Shown here piece after piece: positions 29,559-39,077 of a DNA stretch of 64,000 nucleotides. Under the pieces are notes generated by a model. It saw only the letters and a list, made by a program, of their open reading frames with translations. It ran no database searches and was not told where the DNA came from. The stretch spans positions 116,977 to 180,976 of the forward strand of contig CAWDLG010000006.1 of assembly GCA_963803205.1 (NCBI GenBank), in the 5' to 3' direction. How positions within the stretch are numbered: position 1 is the stretch's first letter; each line of letters begins with the position of its first letter. A program made the translations under genes and the position numbers. The DNA is from Terriglobales bacterium. GTDB lineage: Bacteria > Acidobacteriota > Terriglobia > Terriglobales > Acidobacteriaceae.

Positions 29559-31073
29559 TCATGGCAGTGTCACGGCTGCCACCTCGAATCCGCCGAGCGT
29601 GATCGTATCGCTGTCCATTTTCGCAGAGGCCGGCGGATCGAAGGCCGTTTTCTGGTCGACGTATTCCACCTGTGCGCCGGATGCTCCATCGATCGTAACC
29701 TTCATCTCGCGGTCGCGTTTGTTCACCAGCAGAACGCGCTTCTTGCCGTCCCTGGTGACGATCGGCAGTGAGTACAGATAGGGAGACGGAGAGCCTCCAG
29801 CACCGGCGATGCCGACCACCTTATCGCCGGGGCCAAAATTGTCGTGCAGGAGCTTCAGCACCCAGTAGCGCGCATTAGGCTTGCCATTGGTCCAGTCCAC
29901 CATGGAAACGCTCGGGAACTGCGTGGGATAGCCGACCAGTTGTGACTCGCCCGCTACATCCACTCCGATGGTGGTCAACTCGCCGAAAATGTAGGCATAC
30001 ATCGCTCCTGCCAGGTTCCAGTAGGAATTAGGAATCGGCTCGGCGACATACCCCGGCTGGCCTTGCTTCAGATCATCGGCAGAAATGCTGCCGATTTCAT
30101 TGATCGTGGTTCTGGTCTCCGGTGAAAGGCGCTTACGGATGCTCTCGATGTAACGCACGACGTTGAGGAACCCATCCGCCTGTGTGAAGAAGGTGTACTG
30201 CTGCACTTCGGAAGTCTGGTCGGGGGTGGGCACGGCGTAGAAGTGATAAGAGATGAAATCCAGCGGAACGCCTGCCTTGTGGTTCTTGTGATTCAGGAAG
30301 TACTCGAAGAATTCCGGATGCCCTGAGGGGAAGGCCAGCGACCCGCCCACGAATTTCGTCTGCGGCTGCACCTTCTTCATGGCAGTCACCACGGCGTCAT
30401 AAATCTTTGTGTATTTTTCGCCCGTGAGGTTGCGCTCGAGGTCCGGTTCGTTGAGAACCTCCCAGTAGGGAATCGAGTAGTGATGGTCCGACTCGTGCCG
30501 CTTTCCAAGTTCGTCGGTGAAGCCGCCCTGCGTGTACCACGCGAGCAGTCGAGCGTAGTAGTCGCCCACTTCTTTGTAGGTGGGATCGCGAAACTCGCTG
30601 CCTTTCTCGTAGTCCCATGTGACCTCATCTGGATCGGCTGGGTAGGAGGAGGGCTGATCGGACTTGAACATCCACTGCGGAATCGTGCTGAAGTTCAGGA
30701 CTACGGAGTGCCCCTTGGTGGCTTCGAGGAAATCGATGGTCATGGGATCGATGAGCGAAAAATCCCACGAAGTCTTGCCATCCTTGAGGGGCTCCAATTC
30801 GGCTACGCCAAGTCTCGGGTAAGGCAGCCATGGAACATAGCGCACGTAGTCGGCGCCGAGATCCTTCAAAGCCTGAAAAGCGTTGTCGTGAACTGGAGTG
30901 CCGCGACGCAGCGGCGGGTTCACAACTACCTGGAGGGTAGGAGTTGTTTGTGAGATGCGAACCTGGTTTCCCCACTCGACTTTGAGTTGGACGGGTTCAT
31001 CGGCAGCCGCCCCGACCGCAGGCAGGAGTACCAGGCAGGCCATTACGCACCACATCCAGAATGCACGTTTCAT
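29559..31073 (-). CDS. secreted clan GH-A glycoside hydrolase, GH39-like
   Basis: The ATG at 31073 gives the signal peptide MKRAFWMWCVMACLVLLPAVGAAA. The acid/base-type motif YWEVLNEPDL and DFISYHFY resemble the GH39 blocks (WNEPN; DF.S.H.Y). The family assignment is tentative. Confidence 0.6.
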   Translation of the reverse strand: MKRAFWMWCVMACLVLLPAVGAAADEPVQLKVEWGNQVRISQTTPTLQVVVNPPLRRGTPVHDNAFQALKDLGADYVRYVPWLPYPRLGVAELEPLKDGKTSWDFSLIDPMTIDFLEATKGHSVVLNFSTIPQWMFKSDQPSSYPADPDEVTWDYEKGSEFRDPTYKEVGDYYARLLAWYTQGGFTDELGKRHESDHHYSIPYWEVLNEPDLERNLTGEKYTKIYDAVVTAMKKVQPQTKFVGGSLAFPSGHPEFFEYFLNHKNHKAGVPLDFISYHFYAVPTPDQTSEVQQYTFFTQADGFLNVVRYIESIRKRLSPETRTTINEIGSISADDLKQGQPGYVAEPIPNSYWNLAGAMYAYIFGELTTIGVDVAGESQLVGYPTQFPSVSMVDWTNGKPNARYWVLKLLHDNFGPGDKVVGIAGAGGSPSPYLYSLPIVTRDGKKRVLLVNKRDREMKVTIDGASGAQVEYVDQKTAFDPPASAKMDSDTITLGGFEVAAVTLP

Positions 31074-31175
31074 AAGGAGTCCTCTGTTAGCTGGAACGCT
31101 TCGCGGCGCCCAATATGTGCCGTAACACAGTGCAGAAAGTGTGGCGTGCCATTGTGCATCGCCCGCCCGCGTGTT

Positions 31176-31229
31176 TTCAATAGGCAAATTAACTTACTAT
31201 TGACAAATCCCGGCGGGCGCAGCTACAGT
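31176..31229 (+). promoter_or_regulatory. Palindromic operator plus divergent promoters between the GH39-like/rhaM operon and the isomerase-rhaT operon
   Basis: TTCAATAGGCAAAT at 31176-31189 is one arm of TCAATAG-N13-CTATTGA (31177-31203). On the plus strand: TTGACA at 31200-31205, an 18-nt spacer, (C)TACAGT at 31224-31229. On the minus strand: TTGAAA (31175-31180), an 18-nt spacer, CACAAT (31151-31156). Confidence 0.6.
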
Positions 31230-31318
31230 TCATGCGCTTTAAAGGATTTGCCTGCGGCGCCGGGCCTGAACCATCGAACAGCCCTCCCGGGAAGCTCCGC
31301 CAATTTAGAATTCCTTCC

Positions 31319-32761
31319 ATGCCGGGCAAAACTGCAAATCACGGATTCAAAGTCGGGCTGTTCGGCATTGGGCTGGATGCCTACTGGCCACAATTCGAAG
31401 GTCTCGAAGACAGACTGAAAGGTTTCATCCGGCAGGTAGAGACGAAAATCGGCAGCGAGGGCGCCGAAGTAGTGAACCTCGGCCTGATCGACACGCCGGA
31501 AAAGGCGGTCGACGCGGGACACCGGTTTCGTCAGGCCGACGTCGATCTGATTTTTCTTCACGTCACAACCTACGCTCTATCATCGACGGTGCTGCCGGTC
31601 GTACGGCGCGCCAAAGTGCCGGTCATCATCCTCAATCTTTCGCCGGACGCCGCCATCGACTACAAGACGTTCAATCGCCTGGGTGACCGCATCAGAATGA
31701 CCGGTGAATGGCTGGCATATTGCCAGGCGTGTCCGGTGCCCGAGATTGCGAACGTATTCAATCGCTGCCACATCCCCTTCTTCCAGGTTACCGGCATGCT
31801 GGAAAACGATCCGGTTGCGTGGACCGAAATTTCCCAATGGGTGCAAGCAGGCCGCGTGGCGAACATCATGGAGCACAATCGCCTGGGCGTGATGGGTCAC
31901 TATTACGGAGGAATGCTCGACATCTACTCCGACCTCACGCAGCAGTGCTCGTATTTTGGCGGACACATCGAGGTCGTGGAAGTGGATGAACTCGCAGCCT
32001 TGCGCAAGAACGTGAGCGAAGAGCAGGCCTGCGAGCGGGTCACCGAATTCAGGCGGGTGTTCGACGTGCAGCCCGACTGCTCAAATGACGAACTGGTGAG
32101 GGCGGCCAAGACTTCACTCGCTCTCGACCGCCTGGTTGAGGGCCACAATCTCGGCTCGCTTGCCTACTACTACCAGGGGACCGGCAACGCAGAGAACGAG
32201 GATGCCATCAGCTCGATTATTCTCGGTAACAGTCTGCTGACAGCGCGCGGCATTCCGATAGCCGGGGAGTATGAAATCAAGAACGCCCAGGCGATGAAGA
32301 TCATGGATTGCTTCGGCGCCGGCGGATCGTTTACAGAGTATTACGCGGCGGATTTCAACGACGACGTAGTGCTGATGGGGCACGATGGCCCCGGCCACAT
32401 CGCCATTGCCGAGGGAAAAACCAAGGTGCGGCCGCTGAAGGTTTATCACGGCAAGGTCGGCAGGGGACTCTCGGTTGAAATGTCGGTGAAGCATGGACCG
32501 GTGACCCTGCTTTCCGTAGTGCAGACGGTGGACGGAAAGCTGAAGCTGCTGACGGCGGAAGGCGAGTCGGTGCCGGGTCCCATTCTCGAGATCGGAAACA
32601 CCAACAGCCGCTACCGTTTTTCGTTGGGTGCGCGAAATTTCATGAACGAATGGAATTCACATGGACCTGCGCACCACTGCGCCGTGGGTGTCGGGCATAT
32701 TGTCGGCAAGCTGAAGAAACTGGGTTCGCTGCTCGGCATGGAGTGCGCGCAGGTGTGCTGA
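31319..32761 (+). CDS. L-arabinose/L-fucose isomerase family protein (AraA/FucI-like)
   Basis: ATG at 31319 within ORF 31232-32761. The Rossmann-like N-terminal domain pattern is FKVGLFGIGLDAYWPQFEGL...ADVDLIFLHVTTYA...VPVIILNL. Mid and C-terminal blocks are GVMGHYYGGMLDIYSD and VLMGHDGPGH. The length is approx. 480 aa, as for AraA. Confidence 0.7.
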   Translation: MPGKTANHGFKVGLFGIGLDAYWPQFEGLEDRLKGFIRQVETKIGSEGAEVVNLGLIDTPEKAVDAGHRFRQADVDLIFLHVTTYALSSTVLPVVRRAKVPVIILNLSPDAAIDYKTFNRLGDRIRMTGEWLAYCQACPVPEIANVFNRCHIPFFQVTGMLENDPVAWTEISQWVQAGRVANIMEHNRLGVMGHYYGGMLDIYSDLTQQCSYFGGHIEVVEVDELAALRKNVSEEQACERVTEFRRVFDVQPDCSNDELVRAAKTSLALDRLVEGHNLGSLAYYYQGTGNAENEDAISSIILGNSLLTARGIPIAGEYEIKNAQAMKIMDCFGAGGSFTEYYAADFNDDVVLMGHDGPGHIAIAEGKTKVRPLKVYHGKVGRGLSVEMSVKHGPVTLLSVVQTVDGKLKLLTAEGESVPGPILEIGNTNSRYRFSLGARNFMNEWNSHGPAHHCAVGVGHIVGKLKKLGSLLGMECAQVC

Positions 32762-32789
32762 TCGAAGTTGAGACGTCTCGAAGGAGCCT

Positions 32790-33965
32790 ATGAATCCAAA
32801 TCCCGCAATTGGAGTCGTCTATCACTGGCTGGGCGGACTGGCCTCCGGCAGCTTTTACGTACCCTATCGCGGCGTCAAAGGCTGGGCCTGGGAAACGTTC
32901 TGGCTGGCGGGAGGATTTTTCAGCTGGATCATCGCCCCCTGGCTTCTGGCGGGCCTTCTGACCAAGGACTTGATGGCGGTTCTTCACGAAGCTCCAGCCA
33001 GCAGCCTGTTCTGGGCGTGCTTTTTCGGATTGCTGTGGGGCGTGGGAGGACTGACCTTCGGCCTTACGATGCGTTATCTCGGCCTGTCTCTGGGGATGGC
33101 GATGGTGCTTGGGCTTTGCGCCGCCTTCGGTACTCTGATGCCGCCGATTTTCAGCGGTGAGTTCATGAGCCACGTGGTGGGCACGAGCTCAGGGCGAGTG
33201 ATTCTTCTAGGAATATTGGTCTGTCTGCTCGGAATCGCCGTGGCGGGCTTGGCGGGTATTTCCAAAGAACGCAATATGTCGGCGGAAGAAAAGCAGGCGG
33301 TGATCAAGGAGTTTGATCTGAAGAAGGGAACCGGGGTCGCCATCCTGTCGGGAGTGATGAGCGCGTGTTTTGCCTACGGCCTCGCGGCCGGAGACCCGAT
33401 CAAAGCGATCACCCTGAAGCACGGAACCTCGACGCTATGGCAGGGATTGCCGGTGCTGATCGTCGTACTGATAGGAGGCTTCACCACCAATTTCATCTGG
33501 TGCGTCTGGTTGAACGTGCGGAACCGGACGGGACATCAGTATTTCACTTCAAAACCGACTCAGACGAGCGGGGATGGCAGGGTCCTGGAGACGGCCGTGG
33601 ACGCGCCAAGCCGCGAGATGGTCGAACACGCACCCTCGCGAGTGGCGGTGCTGGAGCGTACGGCAAGCACGGAGCGCGTCCCCATGCTGAGGAATTACCT
33701 GCTCTGCGCCCTTGCCGGCACCACCTGGTATTTCCAGTTCTTTTTCTACACCATGGGCGAAACCCAGATGGGGCGCTTCAAGTTCTCCAGTTGGACGCTG
33801 CACATGGCGAGCATCATTATCTTCAGCAGCCTGTGGGGCATCGGGCTGAAGGAATGGAAGGGCGCGGGCAACCGGGCAGGAGCCTTGCTGGCTCTGGCCC
33901 TGCTGATGCTGGTGGGATCAACCGTCATCGTCGGCTACGGAAATTTCCTGGGACTGCGGCAGTAA
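32790..33965 (+). CDS. rhaT: L-rhamnose/H+ symporter family transporter (RhaT)
   Basis: 10-TM DMT-type protein. The N-terminus GVVYHWLGGLASGSFYVPYRGVKGWAWETFWL and the C-terminal half TWYFQFFFYTMGETQMG...SWTLHMASIIIFS match the RhaT pattern. There is a long hydrophilic central loop. Confidence 0.85.
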   Translation: MNPNPAIGVVYHWLGGLASGSFYVPYRGVKGWAWETFWLAGGFFSWIIAPWLLAGLLTKDLMAVLHEAPASSLFWACFFGLLWGVGGLTFGLTMRYLGLSLGMAMVLGLCAAFGTLMPPIFSGEFMSHVVGTSSGRVILLGILVCLLGIAVAGLAGISKERNMSAEEKQAVIKEFDLKKGTGVAILSGVMSACFAYGLAAGDPIKAITLKHGTSTLWQGLPVLIVVLIGGFTTNFIWCVWLNVRNRTGHQYFTSKPTQTSGDGRVLETAVDAPSREMVEHAPSRVAVLERTASTERVPMLRNYLLCALAGTTWYFQFFFYTMGETQMGRFKFSSWTLHMASIIIFSSLWGIGLKEWKGAGNRAGALLALALLMLVGSTVIVGYGNFLGLRQ

Positions 33966-34042
33966 AGGCGGTTGTGGGCGAGCATGCTATACCGTCTTCA
34001 AAGTTTTCCGAAACCGACTTCCACAGTGCATAATTGTCTGCC

Positions 34043-35257
34043 ATGAGCAGGGTGTCGCGGGCGGTCTCACCATCACGGGCGGTCAATATTGAAGACCTGC
34101 GGCGGAGCGCCAAAGCCCGCCTCCCTCGCATCGTATTCGACTACCTGGATGGCGGGGCGGAAGACGAAGTCACACTTCGCGCTAACCGCCAGGCGTTCGA
34201 CACGCTCACCTTCCGCCCAAGACATGCCGTCGCGGTTCCAAACTGCGATACGCGGGTTCGGGTCCTTGGTTTTGATCTGTCCTTCCCGGCAATCCTTGCC
34301 CCGGTCGGTTACAGCCGGCTGATGCATCCTGAAGGCGAAGTTGGCGCAGCGCGAGCCGCAGGCCTTGCCGGAACCGGCTACATTCTCTCGACCATCTCAG
34401 GGCACCCCCTCGAACACGTCAAGGGCGGAACCCGCGGTTTCGCCTGGTATCAGCTTTACTTGATGGGAGGCCGCGAAGCCGCCGAAGCCAGCATCGACCG
34501 GGCGAAAAGGGCAGGCTTTTCCGCACTGGTGGTGACGATCGATACGGCGGTTGCGGGGATGCGCGAGAAGGACTTTCGCAACGGCATGAAGGAGCTGATG
34601 ACGGGGAACATCCTGTCGAAGATCCCCTTCCTCCCTCAGTTGCTTGTCCGCCCACGCTGGCTTGCCGGTTTCATTCTCGACGGAGGCGTACCGAAGCTGC
34701 CAAACGTCGTCATTCCCGGTGAGGGGCCAATGGAGTTGGTTGATGTGGCGGTCGCCCTGGCACGCGCGGCGGTCAAATGGGAAGACTTGCGCTGGATCAA
34801 AGAGGTCTGGGGCGGTCCCATCATCGTGAAAGGCGTGCTGATCGGTGATGACGCGCGGCGCGCGGTCGACGAAGGAGCCGCGGCTGTCGTAGTCTCGAAC
34901 CACGGCGGACGCCAGCTCGATGGAGTGGCAGCTTCTTTGCGCGCCCTCCCAGAGGTGGTGAAGGCAGTGAACGGACAGGTCGAGATCTTAATGGACGGCG
35001 GAGTCCGGCGCGGCACCGACATCGTAAAAGCCATCTGCCTCGGCGCCCAGGCCGTTCTCATCGGGCGTGCTTACGCTTACGGGCTGGCGACGGCGGGACA
35101 GGCCGGCGTGACCCGCGCCCTGCAAATATTGCAGACGGATGTGGAACGAACGCTCAAGCTGCTGGGATGCAACTCGATCGCGGAGTTGAACCAGTCCTAC
35201 GTGGAAGCCTCGTCGCCATTCGCCCTGGAAGACAAACTCTCCGAAGTATTCAGCTAG
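34043..35257 (+). CDS. FMN-dependent alpha-hydroxy-acid dehydrogenase/oxidase (L-lactate dehydrogenase LldD / glycolate oxidase family)
   Basis: ATG at 34043 (TTG at 34034 is also possible). Motifs: PRIVFDYLDGGAEDEVTLRAN, ILAPVG, WYQLY, VVTIDTAV, VVSNHGGRQLD, DGGVRRGTDIVKA. Confidence 0.85.
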   Translation: MSRVSRAVSPSRAVNIEDLRRSAKARLPRIVFDYLDGGAEDEVTLRANRQAFDTLTFRPRHAVAVPNCDTRVRVLGFDLSFPAILAPVGYSRLMHPEGEVGAARAAGLAGTGYILSTISGHPLEHVKGGTRGFAWYQLYLMGGREAAEASIDRAKRAGFSALVVTIDTAVAGMREKDFRNGMKELMTGNILSKIPFLPQLLVRPRWLAGFILDGGVPKLPNVVIPGEGPMELVDVAVALARAAVKWEDLRWIKEVWGGPIIVKGVLIGDDARRAVDEGAAAVVVSNHGGRQLDGVAASLRALPEVVKAVNGQVEILMDGGVRRGTDIVKAICLGAQAVLIGRAYAYGLATAGQAGVTRALQILQTDVERTLKLLGCNSIAELNQSYVEASSPFALEDKLSEVFS

Positions 35258-35267
35258 CCAGCGAGAT

Positions 35268-36038
35268 TCACATCCAGCCGCCATCGGCGATATAACTCTG
35301 GCCAGTGATAGCGCTGCTGTCATCGGCGGCCAGGAAGAGAACCAGTCGCGCGATTTCGTCTGCGGTAAGGTGGCGTTTCAGGGCCTGCCGTTCGAGAATC
35401 TCCGCGCTGTATTCGGGCGTGTACCACAAACGTTTCTGGCGATCCGTCAGAATCGCTCCGGGCAGAACCGCATTCACGCGAATATTACTTGGTCCAAGCT
35501 CGCGGGAAAGAGTGCGCGTAAGCCCGACAATAGCAGCCTTTGCCGCGACGTACACAGGCATGCCGGTAGCCGGGATCATCCAGCTGATTGAACTCATATT
35601 GATGATGCAGCCCCGCCCGGCCTTCTTCATCGCGGGAATGACCGCCTGCGCGGCAAAGAACTGATGGCGCACATTCACCGCGCTGCAACGGTCCCAGTAC
35701 TCCGGGGTCACGTCCTCCGTAGCATGGCGCTCGTCGTTAGCCGCGTTATTCACGAGAACATCCACCGATCCCAGATCATGAATGATCTTCTGCACGCAGG
35801 CGCGGAGCGCGGCCAGATCGGTGAGGTCGCAGTGCTGGTAGGAAAGCTTTCCGTCTTCCGGGGAAGGCCGCGAGCGTACCAATTCTTCCGCGGCCGTATC
35901 CTGGATGTCCAGAAAAACAACCCGCGAGCCCTGCTGCACGAAATGAGTGACTATCTGCTCCCCAATACCGCTGGCGCCGCCGGTGACGATGACCGACCGC
36001 CCCTGGAGGCTGGGATAAGAGGCAAATTCATTGGGCAT
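35268..36038 (-). CDS. SDR-family NAD(P)-dependent oxidoreductase (sugar / 2-keto-3-deoxy-sugar-acid dehydrogenase-like)
   Basis: TGGASGIGEQIV glycine motif, NNAA, the catalytic S...YVAAKAA, and the C-terminal ITGQSYIADGGW. Confidence 0.85.
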   Translation of the reverse strand: MPNEFASYPSLQGRSVIVTGGASGIGEQIVTHFVQQGSRVVFLDIQDTAAEELVRSRPSPEDGKLSYQHCDLTDLAALRACVQKIIHDLGSVDVLVNNAANDERHATEDVTPEYWDRCSAVNVRHQFFAAQAVIPAMKKAGRGCIINMSSISWMIPATGMPVYVAAKAAIVGLTRTLSRELGPSNIRVNAVLPGAILTDRQKRLWYTPEYSAEILERQALKRHLTADEIARLVLFLAADDSSAITGQSYIADGGWM

Positions 36039-36136
36039 GCCGGGAGTCCTCGGGTAAGGCGCAGGTGCAAATCATAGCGCCTAGTCTGGATGGTGACAAA
36101 ACCCAGCGGAACGAAGGTCGAATCCCCGAAGCGTTC

Positions 36137-36550
36137 CTATTTGCTCGCTTTCTTCTTTTGCGCGGCAACTTCCGCGACGGTGACCGGGCCGCCCTTGTTG
36201 CCCCAGGAACTGCGCACGAAGGTGAGGACATCGGCGACTTCCTGATCGGTGAGCTCGACACGTAACATCTGGCTGTCGTACTTGGCGCCTTTTACCACCA
36301 TCTCCCCCTGGGTGCCGTGCAGAGCGATATCGATGGAGCGAGCCTTGTTGGCCATGAGGTAGTCGGAGCCCGCGAGCGGCGGAAACACATCCTTGATGCC
36401 TTCTCCGTTCTCTCCGTGGCAGGTGACGCACGTTCGGCTGTAAACCTCCTTGCCCCGTTCTTTCGAGGTGCCGGTCTTGCCTTGCCAGCCGTAGACAGCG
36501 GTCGCCACAGCCATGACCGCCAGCAGCGCAGGGATGTGCTTCTTCGTCAT
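36137..36550 (-). CDS. monoheme class-I c-type cytochrome, secreted or membrane-anchored
   Basis: N-terminal hydrophobic segment MTKKHIPALLAVMAVATAVYG. A single CVTCHG heme-binding site, and a distal Met candidate in GTQGEMVV/DSQM. It lies 27 nt downstream of the GMC gene. Confidence 0.8.
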   Translation of the reverse strand: MTKKHIPALLAVMAVATAVYGWQGKTGTSKERGKEVYSRTCVTCHGENGEGIKDVFPPLAGSDYLMANKARSIDIALHGTQGEMVVKGAKYDSQMLRVELTDQEVADVLTFVRSSWGNKGGPVTVAEVAAQKKKASK

Positions 36551-36577
36551 TTCAGTTCCTCTCGGAAAACCTGGAAA

Positions 36578-38260
<1,683 letters not shown>

Positions 38261-38268
38261 GAATTGTC

Positions 38269-38928
38269 CTATGTGTGCTTGGCGTCCGCGTGCTGGCAAC
38301 CCTGGAATGGGCCGTGAGTGAAGCTGCCATCCCACCCGAGTTCCTTTTCGCCGATCTCGGAGCTGTAGTAGGCGCCGGCGATGAGGCTCTTCAGATGCTC
38401 GAAATGCTTGCGACCTTCATCGGGACTATCTCCACCCTTCCAGAAGCTCACCTGAAGCGGGTAGGCAAGCGGGCGCAGCAGATCGGTTTGATCCTGTACG
38501 GAAAGCGAGACGAAGTCCGACTTGAACTGGCGCTTGCTCTCTTCATCAATGTAGGTCAGGCTGGCGATGAATTCATCCTGTTCGGCCTTCGGCTCAGCAG
38601 CAAAAAGCAGATCGAGGAAGCGGTTGACCAGCGCTTCTTTCGCTCCCGGAGTGTCGGTGGCGGGGATGATCAGGTCGCTTAGCGCGATCAGCGTCTCGTT
38701 CTGATGGCTGTTCAGAAACGCCGGCTTCCAGTCTGCCCCCAAGAGTTCCTTGGAAAAGTCCTCGCCGCGCTGAGCGGCCGTTAGCTCCGAGGTTTTTTGC
38801 GCGAACGAGAGCCTGCTGCCCAGTGCGACCGAGGCTCCGGTCATAAAGGCGGTGCGGATGAGGTCTCTTCGGTTGATTAATGGAGCAGTGGAAGGCTTAT
38901 CTGGGCTGGGCGGGTTCGAGGGGGCCAT
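38269..38928 (-). CDS. gluconate 2-dehydrogenase subunit-3-family small subunit with a Tat signal
   Basis: Twin-arginine leader ...LINRRDLIRTAFMTGASVALG. The size (219 aa) and the position immediately upstream of a GMC flavoprotein (8-nt gap) match the gamma/hitch-hiker subunits of membrane-associated flavoprotein dehydrogenases. Confidence 0.7.
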   Translation of the reverse strand: MAPSNPPSPDKPSTAPLINRRDLIRTAFMTGASVALGSRLSFAQKTSELTAAQRGEDFSKELLGADWKPAFLNSHQNETLIALSDLIIPATDTPGAKEALVNRFLDLLFAAEPKAEQDEFIASLTYIDEESKRQFKSDFVSLSVQDQTDLLRPLAYPLQVSFWKGGDSPDEGRKHFEHLKSLIAGAYYSSEIGEKELGWDGSFTHGPFQGCQHADAKHT

Positions 38929-39077
38929 CTCTTTGAATGATAATTGGTTACAGAACGCATCTCAATCAGAAAAGTATGTGGGGGGCGGTCTCGCCTGAGG
39001 CCGCGCCCAGGATGGCCGTTGCGGGCGAGGGAACGGCCCGCTATGCTTTTTAGTCGTCGCCGCTCAAAGGAGGCGCC

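Noticed and set aside
36108-36137. A tRNA T-arm-like string, GGTCGAATCC, flanked by GGAACG/CGTTCC.
   Set aside because: There is no acceptor stem, D-arm or anticodon arm around it. The T-loop consensus is imperfect. The 6-bp stem with an 18-nt loop is also a poor terminator.
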